64,000 bases of DNA from Nibricoccus sp. (GTDB lineage Bacteria > Verrucomicrobiota > Verrucomicrobiia > Opitutales > Opitutaceae). Each line of letters begins with the position of its first letter. The first letter of the stretch is position 1. Positions 43,974-52,887 of the stretch are shown here, piece by piece. The position numbers were made by a program, and so were the translations under genes. The stretch covers positions 416,001 to 480,000 of the forward strand of contig JASGHG010000001.1 in the NCBI GenBank assembly GCA_047602425.1, written 5' to 3'. The notes under the pieces were generated by a model. That model did no database searches and was not told the origin of the DNA. It saw only the letters and a program-made list of their open reading frames with translations.

Positions 43974-44243
43974 ATGAGTGAATCTCTCGGCATGATCGAA
44001 ACCAAAGGCTACGTCGGCTCCGTTGAAGCCAGCGACGCCATGGTCAAAGCGGCAGGCGTCTCCCTCGCCCGCCAAGTCCAAATCGGCGGCGGCCTCGTCA
44101 CCGTCCTCGTCAAAGGCGACATCGGCAGCGTCAAAGCCGCCATCGACGCCGGCGCAGAAGCCGCCAAACGCGTCGGCGAGCTCGTCTGCGCCCACGTCAT
44201 CGCGCGTCCGCACGCCGACCTGCTCAAGCACTTCGGTGTCTGA
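43974..44243 (+). CDS. BMC hexamer shell protein (BMC-H)
   Basis: [39 protein letters not shown]. Confidence 0.96.
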   Translation: MSESLGMIETKGYVGSVEASDAMVKAAGVSLARQVQIGGGLVTVLVKGDIGSVKAAIDAGAEAAKRVGELVCAHVIARPHADLLKHFGV

Positions 44244-44286
44244 GCGCCAACCGCCCGCAACCTCTAATATTTAAAAACTTTCCACC

Positions 44287-44565
44287 ATGGCTCAAGAAGC
44301 TCTCGGTATGATTGAAACCAAAGGCCTGTGCACCTTGCTCGAGGCCTCCGATGCCGCCCTCAAAGCGGCCAATGTCACGATGACCGGCTACGAGGCCATC
44401 GGCTCCGGCAATGTCGCGGTATTCTTCCGCGGCGATGTCGCCGCCCTCAAGGCCGCGATCGAAGCTGGCGCCGAAGCCGGCAAACGTGTCGGCGAAATCG
44501 TCGCCACCCAGGTCATCCCACGTCCGCACGAAGACCTCTCCGGTCTCGGCAAGTGGGTCGCCTAA
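44287..44565 (+). CDS. BMC hexamer shell protein (BMC-H)
   Basis: [37 protein letters not shown]. Confidence 0.96.
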   Translation: MAQEALGMIETKGLCTLLEASDAALKAANVTMTGYEAIGSGNVAVFFRGDVAALKAAIEAGAEAGKRVGEIVATQVIPRPHEDLSGLGKWVA

Positions 44566-44638
44566 ACTAGCTACCAGAGCCAACACCGGTCGTGCAGGCG
44601 CGCGGCCGGTTCACGCTCTTCCATTTTCGCGTCGCTCC

Positions 44639-45826
44639 ATGCAAATCCTCGTCGCCAACCTCGGCTCCACCTCTTTCAAGTACCGTCTCTTCGACGTGAA
44701 CGGATCGCAGGCCCGCATGTTGGCGAAGGGCGGCAGCGAACGCGTAACCGATTACCGCGCCGCCATCGATCTAGCCCTCGGCGAACTCGCAGCAGCCGGC
44801 CATCTCAAAAACGCGAGCGATCTCGACGCTGTTGGTTTCAAAACCGTCCTCGGTGGTGAAATCACCGGCTGCCTCCTGGCCGACGAACGCGTTGAAAAAG
44901 CCCTCCTCGACACCGTCGACCTCGCGCCCGCGCACAACAAGCCCTACGCCGAGGGCCTGCGCGTCTTCCGCGAAAAACTCCCGAACATCCCGCGTGTCGC
45001 GCTCTTCGAAACCGCGTTCTATCAGTGGGTGCCCGACCACGCGAGCCGCTATGCCGTACCAGAGACTTGGTACAAAGCCGGCATTCGCCGCTATGGTTTC
45101 CACGGCGCCAGCCACAAATTCGTCGCTGAGCGCTCCGCCGAATTGCTCGGCCACGACGACATCGGCGAAGCCGTTCGCCGCCTTTACCTCGACGGTCCCA
45201 AAGAATTTCCCGGCACACCGCTCCGCGTGATTTCCTGCCACCTCGGCGGCTCCAGTTCCGTCACCGGCATCCGCAATGGCGTGGCCATCGGCACCAGCAT
45301 GGGCCTCAGCCCGCAATCCGGCCTTCCGCAGAACAACCGCGTCGGCGACCTCGATTCCGCCGCCCTGCCCTGCGCGATGCGGCGCCTGAAAATTTCCCTC
45401 GAAGACGCCGAACGCCAGCTCGTCAAAGAGTCCGGCCTGCTCGGCATCTCCGGCGTGAGCAATGACGTTCGCGACATCAAGGCCGCCGCCGACAAAGGCG
45501 ACGCCCGCGCCAAACTGGCCCTTGATGTTTTCGTCCAAAGCATCCGCCACTGGATCGGCGCGTTCTGGATCGAACTCGGCGGCTGCGACGCCCTCGTTTT
45601 CACCGCCGGCATCGGCGAAAATAATCCGTGGCTCCGCGAAGCCATCTGCGCCGGCCTTTCCGATCTCGGTCTCGTGCTCGACGCTTCGCGCAACAAAACC
45701 GCGCCACACGAAACCGATCTCTCCGCCAACGGCTCGCGCACCCACGTGCTCGTCATCCCGGCCAACGAAGAACTCGTCGTCGCCCGCGAAACCGCCCGCC
45801 TCATCTCCGCCCAGCGCAAAGCCTAA
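44639..45826 (+). CDS. ackA: Acetate/propionate kinase
   Basis: ILVANLGSTSFKY, LAPAHN, FETAFY, RRYGFHGASH, CHLGGSSS, TSMGLSP, FTAGIGEN, IPANEELV. Confidence 0.93.
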   Translation: MQILVANLGSTSFKYRLFDVNGSQARMLAKGGSERVTDYRAAIDLALGELAAAGHLKNASDLDAVGFKTVLGGEITGCLLADERVEKALLDTVDLAPAHNKPYAEGLRVFREKLPNIPRVALFETAFYQWVPDHASRYAVPETWYKAGIRRYGFHGASHKFVAERSAELLGHDDIGEAVRRLYLDGPKEFPGTPLRVISCHLGGSSSVTGIRNGVAIGTSMGLSPQSGLPQNNRVGDLDSAALPCAMRRLKISLEDAERQLVKESGLLGISGVSNDVRDIKAAADKGDARAKLALDVFVQSIRHWIGAFWIELGGCDALVFTAGIGENNPWLREAICAGLSDLGLVLDASRNKTAPHETDLSANGSRTHVLVIPANEELVVARETARLISAQRKA

Positions 45827-45916
45827 CCAATCTTTATCTTTCCTCGTTATCTTTCTCTTTCTTCGCCACCGCGCCTTTCACCTAAACTTAAACCTCAAAC
45901 TTAAACCCACATCAAC

Positions 45917-46216
45917 ATGTCCCAATCCGCTCTCGGTCTTCTTGAAACCCGTGGCCTCACCGCGCTCGTCGCCGGTGTCGATGCCATGCTCAAGTCCGCC
46001 AATGTTACGCTCGTCGGCCCGATGAAACAGGTCGGCAATGCCCTCGTGACCGCCGTTGTCCAAGGCGACGTCGCCGCCGTCAAAGCCGCCACCGAAGCCG
46101 GTGCCACCGCCGCTCGCGCTTACGGCGAAGTCGTCAGCATCCAGGTGATTCCGCGTCCTCACGACGACGTCGCCGCCGTGCTGCCGAAGCCCGCCGCCGC
46201 CGCTCCCAAGAAATAA
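45917..46216 (+). CDS. BMC hexamer shell protein (BMC-H)
   Basis: [33 protein letters not shown]. Confidence 0.95.
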   Translation: MSQSALGLLETRGLTALVAGVDAMLKSANVTLVGPMKQVGNALVTAVVQGDVAAVKAATEAGATAARAYGEVVSIQVIPRPHDDVAAVLPKPAAAAPKK

Positions 46217-46299
46217 CCAGGCGTCACCGCCAAACCCGGCGCGTCATCCGTGGCGCGCCGCACCGGTTCACGCCGCCAAACCTCAACCAGGAAACAGTC

Positions 46300-46599
46300 A
46301 TGTTTCTCGCCCGCGTCATAGGCTCCGTGGTCTCGACCAAAAAGGACGACACCATGCGCGGCCGCCCGCTCCTCCTCCTGCGTCCCATGCTGGTCGACGA
46401 GTCCAATCCCGCCCAGCTCAAGCCCGGCGCCAACACCATCGTTGCCTCCGACGGCCTCGGCGCAGGCACCGGCGATCTCGTTCTCTTCTGTCAGGGCAGC
46501 TCCGCCCGCCAGGCCGCGGGCATGAAACAAATGCCCATCGACGCCGCCATCATCGGCCTCGTCGACACCGTCGAAGTCCTCGGCAAACGCATCGTGTAG
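46300..46599 (+). CDS. BMC pentamer (EutN/CcmL family)
   Basis: MFLARVIGSVVSTKK, DGLGAGTGD, GSSARQA, PIDAAIIGLVD. Confidence 0.95.
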   Translation: MFLARVIGSVVSTKKDDTMRGRPLLLLRPMLVDESNPAQLKPGANTIVASDGLGAGTGDLVLFCQGSSARQAAGMKQMPIDAAIIGLVDTVEVLGKRIV

Positions 46600-46618
46600 T
46601 TAACTTCCCGATACTTTC

Positions 46619-48070
46619 ATGTCTTCTCCGATCGTCATTGATGAAAACCTCGTCCGCTCCGTGGTCGAGGAAGTGGTCCGCTCCTTCGGCCGCCTTCCGT
46701 CCGGCGTCGCCGGCGCACCCGCTGTCGTTTCCTCCTCCGGTGGACTCGGCGTGTTCCAAGACGCAGCCTCCGCCTGCAAGGCCGCCTACGCCGCCTACGA
46801 ACAGCTTCGCGTCAAGGGCATCGCCGCCCGCGCCAAGGTCGTCGAGATCGTCAAGGCCCTCTGCACCGCCAAGGCCGAGGAATGGGGCAAGTTCGAGTTC
46901 GCCGAGACCAAGATCGGCCGTCTCGACCACAAGATCGAGAAGCTCCAGATCGTGAAGCTCGTTCCCGGTGTCGAGTGGTTGCGCCCCGACGCCCGCAGCG
47001 GCGATCACGGCATCACGCTCGAGGAATACACGCCTTACGGCGTCATCGCGGCGATTCTGCCGATGACGCATTCCATCCCGACCCTCTCCGGCAACATCAT
47101 TAACATCGTCGCCGCCGGCAATGCCGTCGTCTTCAACCCGCACCCAGGCGGCGCCCGCTCCGCGGCGCTCGCCGTTCGCACTTTCAACGAGGCGATCAAG
47201 GCCGAAACCGGCATCGAGAATCTCGTCTGCACGATCGAGAAACCGACACTCGAATCCTTCGACGCTCTCTGCAAGGCCCCCGAAGTTTCCGTGCTCTGCG
47301 TGACCGGTGGACCCGCCGTCGTCGCCGCCGCGATGAAGTCCGGCAAGCGCGCCATCTGCGCCGGCCCCGGCAATCCTCCCGTGCTCGTCGACGACACCGT
47401 CGACCTCGACCGCGCCGCCGCCAACATCATCCACGGCGCCGCCTACGATAACAATCTCCTCTGCATCGGCGAAAAGGAAGTCTTCGTCCTCGACTCGATT
47501 TTCGACAAGTTCATGGCCTCGCTCACCCGCGGTGGCGCCCGCCAGCTCAACAGCAACCAACTCGATGCGCTAACCAAGGTCGCGTTTTCCACCAAGGCCG
47601 ACGCCGGTGGCTGCTCGCACCCCGTGCTGAATCGCGCGTTCGTCGGTGTCGACGCCACCGTCCTCGCCAAGCACGCCGGACTCACCGTTCCCGACAAGAC
47701 TCCGCTCCTCTTCGCCGAGACCGACGCCAACCACGCGTTCGTCATCGAAGAGCAGATGATGCCCATGCTCCCCATCGTCCGCGTGAAAACGATCGAGGAA
47801 GGCATCCGCGCCGCGAAAAAAGCCGAGCACGGCTACAAGCACTCCTCGATCATCCACTCGCTCAACGTCGATCACATGACCGCGATGGCCCGCGCCCTCG
47901 ACACCACGATCTTCATCAAAAACGGTTCCTGCGTCGCCGGTCTCGGCCTCGGTGGCGAAGGCTACCTCAGCTACTCGATCGCCACCACCACCGGCGAAGG
48001 CATCACCAACCCGCGTACCTTCACCCGCACCCGCCGCTGTGTGATGGTCGACAACCTCCGCATTTACTGA
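46619..48070 (+). CDS. CoA-acylating aldehyde dehydrogenase (EutE/PduP type) with encapsulation peptide
   Basis: DENLVRSVVEEVVRSF N-terminal helix; PYGVI, AAGNAVVFNPHP, TGGPAVV, AGPGNPP, LCIGEKE, EQMMP, TGEG. Confidence 0.95.
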   Translation: MSSPIVIDENLVRSVVEEVVRSFGRLPSGVAGAPAVVSSSGGLGVFQDAASACKAAYAAYEQLRVKGIAARAKVVEIVKALCTAKAEEWGKFEFAETKIGRLDHKIEKLQIVKLVPGVEWLRPDARSGDHGITLEEYTPYGVIAAILPMTHSIPTLSGNIINIVAAGNAVVFNPHPGGARSAALAVRTFNEAIKAETGIENLVCTIEKPTLESFDALCKAPEVSVLCVTGGPAVVAAAMKSGKRAICAGPGNPPVLVDDTVDLDRAAANIIHGAAYDNNLLCIGEKEVFVLDSIFDKFMASLTRGGARQLNSNQLDALTKVAFSTKADAGGCSHPVLNRAFVGVDATVLAKHAGLTVPDKTPLLFAETDANHAFVIEEQMMPMLPIVRVKTIEEGIRAAKKAEHGYKHSSIIHSLNVDHMTAMARALDTTIFIKNGSCVAGLGLGGEGYLSYSIATTTGEGITNPRTFTRTRRCVMVDNLRIY

Positions 48071-48104
48071 GCTCCCAGCTCCAAGCTCCCCGCTCCTTGC
48101 TCCC

Positions 48105-48368
48105 ATGAACCTCGCACGCATCGACGGCAACATCGTCACCGCGGCCCACCATCCCAGCATGGAAGGCTACCGCACGGTGATCTGCCAGCCGATCGATGCC
48201 GACGGAAATGACGAAGGTGTTCCCGTCCTCGCAATCGATTGCCTCGGCGCCGGCCTGCACGAGCATGTGATCCTTTCCACCGACGGCTCCGCCACGCGCC
48301 AACTCGTGCAGGATCCAAAAACTCCGCTCCGCAACCTCGTCGTCGGCATCGTCGATCCGATCAAATGA
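48105..48368 (+). CDS. BMC pentamer (EutN/CcmL family)
   Basis: MNLARIDGNIV, AIDCLGAG, DGSATR, VVGIVD. Confidence 0.92.
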   Translation: MNLARIDGNIVTAAHHPSMEGYRTVICQPIDADGNDEGVPVLAIDCLGAGLHEHVILSTDGSATRQLVQDPKTPLRNLVVGIVDPIK

Positions 48369-48391
48369 CCCCGTCGCTTCACATCTTCGAG

Positions 48392-48457
48392 GTAGGGACG
48401 GACCGCCGGGCCGTCCGCCCGAACGCCGAGGTAGGGACAATGCTCCGCATTGTCCGC
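48392..48457 (+). repeat. Two tandem GTAG-type REP units inside the BMC operon
   Basis: GTAG-GGACGG...CCGTCC at 48392 and GTAG-GGACAATGC-tcc-GCATTGTCC at 48431. Confidence 0.75.
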
Positions 48458-48504
48458 GGTTCCCGCGTCCCATCATCCATCACCTTTAACCCATCGCCCG
48501 TTTA

Positions 48505-48828
48505 ATGCGCCTCGGAACTGTCATCGGCCGAATCACCCTCACACAGAAGGAGCCTGTCTACGAAGGCGCCCGTCTGCTGATCGTGCAGCCGTTGTCCAAG
48601 GCCCAGTTCGCCCACCCGACCGCCATCAACGGCAAAGGTCCGACCGAGTTGCCCCTGGCCAAAGGTTCGAGCTTGATCGTTTACGACCAACTCGGCGCCG
48701 GCGAGGGCAGCGTCATCGGTTTCACCGAAGGCGCCGAAGCCACCCAGCCTTTCACCGGTGACGCCCCCGTTGACGCCTACACCGCTTGCATCATCGAGCG
48801 CATCAACTACGAGCCGCTCACCAAATAA
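48505..48828 (+). CDS. BMC pentamer (EutN/CcmL family)
   Basis: MRLGTVIGRITL, YDQLGAGEG, EGAEA, PVDAY. Confidence 0.92.
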   Translation: MRLGTVIGRITLTQKEPVYEGARLLIVQPLSKAQFAHPTAINGKGPTELPLAKGSSLIVYDQLGAGEGSVIGFTEGAEATQPFTGDAPVDAYTACIIERINYEPLTK

Positions 48829-48849
48829 TTTTAAACCTAAACGTTTCCC

Positions 48850-49941
48850 ATGCCACAGATCCTCACCGCCCGCGAAGTCGAAGCCCTGTTCCGTGCAGGC
48901 CAGTCCATCCCCCAAGGCGCCATCCTTACGCCTTCGGCCCGTGACTACGTCGCCGACCAAAAGCAGGCCGCCCAAGCCGCCAAGACCGCCGGGCTGCCCG
49001 CCCCAGTCGTCGCCGGTGGCAAGCCCGCCGCACCGTCGATCCCCGACTACGAATTCAAGTGGAAGCCCGGCTCCGACCCCAAGACGCCCGCCGAGATCGA
49101 GAAGTTCTTCAATTCGCCTGAGATCAACGTCCTCAAGCAGCGCATCTGCGACATGGGCTCCCGCCTCTGGACCCGCGACTACACCGACGGCAACGGTGGC
49201 AACATCACCATCCGCGTCGGCGACAACCTTGCCCTCTGCACGCCCACTCTCATTTGCAAAGGCTTCATGAAGCCCGAGGACATGTGCCTGACCGACCTCG
49301 ACGGCAACCAACTCGCAGGCACACGCGTCCGCACCTCCGAGGCCAAGACCCACTTTGGCATCATGAAGCGCCAGCCCGCAGCCAAGGCCTGCGTGCACGC
49401 TCATCCGCCGCACGCCACCGCGTTCGCCATCGCCAACGTATCCATTCCTTCCTGCCTCATTCCCGAAGCTGAAGTCTTCCTCGGTAAGATCGGCGTCGCG
49501 AAGTACCAGACGCCCGGCACGCCCGCCAACTCCGATGAAGTCGGCGAAGTCGGCCGCGATCACCAAGCCGTCCTCATGCAGAACCACGGTGTGATCGTCT
49601 GGGGCAAGGACGTCGAGGACGCCTACTGGAAGATGGAAAACATCGATTCCTACTGCCGCACCGTCTGGATCGCCGCCGGCCTCGGCGGTGGACTGCACCG
49701 CTTCACCGGTGGCCAGGCCAAGGAGCTCATCAACCTCCGCCAAAAACTCGGCATGCCCGATCCGCGCGCCAACTTGAAGGAATGCGAACTCTGCGACAGC
49801 GCCGAATTCCGCCCCGGCTCCGTGACCCAAGTCTCCGCCGCCGCCCAAGTCACCGAACCACAGCCCACGCCCGAAATCGAGAGTTTGGTCACGAAGCTGA
49901 CCGAAGAAATCCTCAAACAACTCGGCGCTAAAAAAGGCTGA
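48850..49941 (+). CDS. Class II aldolase (fuculose/rhamnulose-1-phosphate aldolase-like), the PVM signature enzyme
   Basis: GNGGNITIR, CTPT, TSEAKTH, VHAHPPHAT, LMQNHG; C-terminal encapsulation-like helix EIESLVTKLTEEILKQL. Confidence 0.93.
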   Translation: MPQILTAREVEALFRAGQSIPQGAILTPSARDYVADQKQAAQAAKTAGLPAPVVAGGKPAAPSIPDYEFKWKPGSDPKTPAEIEKFFNSPEINVLKQRICDMGSRLWTRDYTDGNGGNITIRVGDNLALCTPTLICKGFMKPEDMCLTDLDGNQLAGTRVRTSEAKTHFGIMKRQPAAKACVHAHPPHATAFAIANVSIPSCLIPEAEVFLGKIGVAKYQTPGTPANSDEVGEVGRDHQAVLMQNHGVIVWGKDVEDAYWKMENIDSYCRTVWIAAGLGGGLHRFTGGQAKELINLRQKLGMPDPRANLKECELCDSAEFRPGSVTQVSAAAQVTEPQPTPEIESLVTKLTEEILKQLGAKKG

Positions 49942-49971
49942 GAGACCTCTCAGAATTCATCCAATTTCCCC

Positions 49972-49999
49972 AAGCCCGAGGTTCCCCTCGGGCTTTTTT
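49972..49999 (+). terminator. Intrinsic terminator ending the BMC operon
   Basis: aagcccgagg-ttcc-cctcgggctt plus T's. Confidence 0.85.
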
Positions 50000-50039
50000 G
50001 TGCCGAGCTAGGTGGAATTGCTAAATCGACCCGTTACTG

Positions 50040-50714
50040 CTACCAGTTTTCGAAATCGATCAAAAGAGCAATCATCGCACCTTTGCTGCTTGTTAGCCAA
50101 TAAACAGGATAACTCCCATCTCCATTGCCACTTTTGGCGACTACTGCACCAATCTTTGTATCAATCACCGCCAGTTTATCAGACGGTCGTTGCTTAACCA
50201 AAGAATCTCCGAATCGAAAAAGCATAGTTTCGTCATTCGGTATTGCTTCTGCGTTAATCACGCAAATTTCGCCTGAATCAACGGAAGCATGGCCTTGAAG
50301 TTCACCCGGCCTGAGTTTCACCTTCGCTGCAAGCTCCAGCGTCTCCGCCTTTTCTACCTCATCAAATAACACTACTAGGAACGCTGGCATCCCTGAATTG
50401 TCGCCACGCGCTATCTCGGTAATCTTCACTTTTGATTCACCCACCGGCGCCCCTTTCACCAGCTTTGAAAGAAGTGTCGGATGCATGAATCCCGGATCTA
50501 CAACGTATAGTTGGCCAGAAGTAATTTTCAGTAGGCCAACATCGCTCAGTTTCAGTCCGAAACGTTGGCACGCTCGTGCCCCGACATCATGAGGAGAAAG
50601 TATTGATTTTATATCTGAAAGCTTCCGCTGCGCTTGGCTTGCCATCGATGTGGAAACGAAAAATAGGCCTATCACCAATAATGCTAGTTCCGATCTAGTT
50701 TTTCTACGTAGCAT
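50040..50714 (-). CDS. Exported hypothetical protein, DUF4241-like, lower GC
   Basis: Signal-like N-terminus; SGQLYVVDP, VDSG, SGNGDGSYPVYW, LLIDF resemble DUF4241 (recalled, not searched). Confidence 0.65.
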   Translation of the reverse strand: MLRRKTRSELALLVIGLFFVSTSMASQAQRKLSDIKSILSPHDVGARACQRFGLKLSDVGLLKITSGQLYVVDPGFMHPTLLSKLVKGAPVGESKVKITEIARGDNSGMPAFLVVLFDEVEKAETLELAAKVKLRPGELQGHASVDSGEICVINAEAIPNDETMLFRFGDSLVKQRPSDKLAVIDTKIGAVVAKSGNGDGSYPVYWLTSSKGAMIALLIDFENW

Positions 50715-50997
50715 GGCTTGCGGTTTAACTTCGTGAGTGGGCCCGGCAGCACAGTGTGCAGAGCGATTTGGACAGACGAGATAAATTCCTCCTATCCGGA
50801 GCCTAAACCCAGTTCTTTTTTTTAGGGAGATTTAACCAGGAGCCCTTTGCGCCGATGTTGCCTTAAACCGCTTTATGTAGTGGTTTTACAGCGTGACGCA
50901 GCTTGTCTGCGCCATGCCCTTAACCCTCGTTTGAGCAACGACTCCAATCCTGCCCCCCGTCGCCTCGTCCGAAGTGACGCGGCGAAGCTTTTCTGAA

Positions 50998-52887
50998 ATG
51001 TGCGGCATCGCCGGTTTTATCAGCTCTGAGTACCTGCCCGAGACACGTCGCGCGGCGGTTGAGCGTATGTGCGCTGCCATGCAACGCCGCGGGCCCGACG
51101 ACAGCGGTGTGATGACCTCGCCCAATGCCACGCTCGGCATGCGGCGACTCGCCATTTTCGATCCGCTCAACAGCCGCCAGCCTATGGCCACGGAGGACGG
51201 GCGGTACCAAATCGTTTTTAATGGCGCCATTTACAACTTTCGCGAACTCCGCGTCGAGTTGGAGAAAACAGGAACCGCCTTCAACACCCAAGGCGACACT
51301 GAGGTTCTGCTCGCTGCCTACGCGCACTGGGGCGTCGCCTGCCTTCAACGCTTGCGCGGCATGTTCGCTTTTGCCATTTGGGACACGCAGGACCACACGC
51401 TCTTCCTCGCGCGCGATCCGTTCGGTATCAAACCGCTCTACTATGCCCACGATGGAGGCACACTGCTATTCGCTTCCGAACTCAACGCCCTGACCGCGTC
51501 GCGCATCGTGCCCGTCGCGATCGACCCTGCTGCGCTTAACGCCGCCCTCTCCTACCTCGCCGTCCCCGCGCCGCACACAATCTATCAGGGCTTGCTCAGC
51601 CTGCGCCCAGGCGAATGTGCACTCCTCAAAGGCAGCACGCTCTCGATCCGCACATACTGGAGTTTTAACGACGCCAACAACGCCAACGTCGATACGTGCC
51701 GAACCGAGCGCCGTTTCCAACGTGAATTGCGCGAGCGGCTCGAAGACACGATCCACGCCCACTCGCTTGCCGATGTGCCCGTCGGCGCCTTCCTCTCCGG
51801 TGGACTCGACTCGAGCGCGCTCGTCGCGCTCATGCAGCGCGCGACGAGCGGTAAGCTGAAAACGTTCTCGATCGGCTTCAATGAAGCCGCTTACTCCGAG
51901 GCCACCGAGGCCGAGGCCGCCGCTAAACATTTCGGCACCGAACACCACACCCATATCCTCACGGGGGAACAAGTTGCCAGCGACATCGAGTCCATTCTCG
52001 CCACCTACGACCAGCCGAGCGGCGACGCGATCAACACCTACTACATCAGCCAGGTGGCCCGCGACGGCGGCGTGACGGTCGCGTTGTCCGGACTCGGCGG
52101 TGACGAGCTCTTTGGCGGTTATCCGTGGTTTAAGACCACGCCCAAGCTCGCCCGCTGGCTGCCGTGGTGGCGTCGGCTCCCCAGCCTGCTTCGCGACCAC
52201 ATCCTCGTCCGCCTGCAGCAGGGCGATGCCCGCGCGCGCAAGCTCGCCGATTTCCTGCGCCACGGTCGCAACATTCACGAACTCGCCGCCCTCCAGCGTC
52301 GCAATTTCTCCGAAGCCGCACGCCGCAACCTTCTCAACGGCGATATCCGATACACACCGCATCCCGAACTCGTTCACCTGCCCGCCGAACTCGCCGATGC
52401 CGATCCAACCGAAATCGTCAGCGCCTGGGAAATGCGCACCTACATGGGCGACGTTCTCCTCCGCGACAGCGATGTCATGAGCATGCGTCACTCGCTCGAA
52501 CTCCGTGTGCCCTTTGTCGACCGTCCGTTCGTAGAGTGGATTTGGAACCAACGAACCCGCTACAAACACACGCCAAAACATCCAAAACAGGCGCTCGCCC
52601 ACGCGGTTCGCGATTTACTTCCACCCGGTATCGCCAAACGCGAGAAGCGCGGCTTCACGCTTCCTCTCGAACAATGGATGCGGGGCCCGTTGCGCCCGTT
52701 TCTCGATGAAATTTTCACGCTGGAAAACATCTCCCGCAGTGGCCTTTTCGATGGCGCGGGCGTGCAAGGCGCCTGGCATGGCTTCATCAATGGTGACGAT
52801 CCGCGCGAATGGTCGCGCGTTTGGACGCTCGCCATCGCTGTTGCCTTTGTGAACCGCGCCCACCAACCTGTCGCCACCTCAAAATGA
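50998..52887 (+). CDS. asnB: Asparagine synthase-like glutamine amidotransferase (glycan-associated)
   Basis: MCGIAG (Cys2), RRGPD, FNGAIYN, GMFAF, RDPFGIKPLYY, LSGGLDSS, GLGGDELFGGY, SLELRVPF. Confidence 0.93.
   Translation: MCGIAGFISSEYLPETRRAAVERMCAAMQRRGPDDSGVMTSPNATLGMRRLAIFDPLNSRQPMATEDGRYQIVFNGAIYNFRELRVELEKTGTAFNTQGDTEVLLAAYAHWGVACLQRLRGMFAFAIWDTQDHTLFLARDPFGIKPLYYAHDGGTLLFASELNALTASRIVPVAIDPAALNAALSYLAVPAPHTIYQGLLSLRPGECALLKGSTLSIRTYWSFNDANNANVDTCRTERRFQRELRERLEDTIHAHSLADVPVGAFLSGGLDSSALVALMQRATSGKLKTFSIGFNEAAYSEATEAEAAAKHFGTEHHTHILTGEQVASDIESILATYDQPSGDAINTYYISQVARDGGVTVALSGLGGDELFGGYPWFKTTPKLARWLPWWRRLPSLLRDHILVRLQQGDARARKLADFLRHGRNIHELAALQRRNFSEAARRNLLNGDIRYTPHPELVHLPAELADADPTEIVSAWEMRTYMGDVLLRDSDVMSMRHSLELRVPFVDRPFVEWIWNQRTRYKHTPKHPKQALAHAVRDLLPPGIAKREKRGFTLPLEQWMRGPLRPFLDEIFTLENISRSGLFDGAGVQGAWHGFINGDDPREWSRVWTLAIAVAFVNRAHQPVATSK

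Noticed and set aside
16154..48457. GTAG repeats as a CRISPR array or IS ends
   Set aside because: No regular repeat-spacer periodicity and no cas or transposase gene in the window; they fit REP architecture
43249..49941. Pdu, Eut, glycyl-radical microcompartment or carboxysome; or a wholly new organelle type
   Set aside because: No diol dehydratase, ethanolamine ammonia-lyase, glycyl-radical enzyme or RuBisCO; class II aldolase with three pentamers and this gene order match the known PVM type
50720..50871. Canonical integron or attC array
   Set aside because: Inverse core lacks the invariant AAC, and there is no intI or repeated cassette array; kept only as an analogy in the findings
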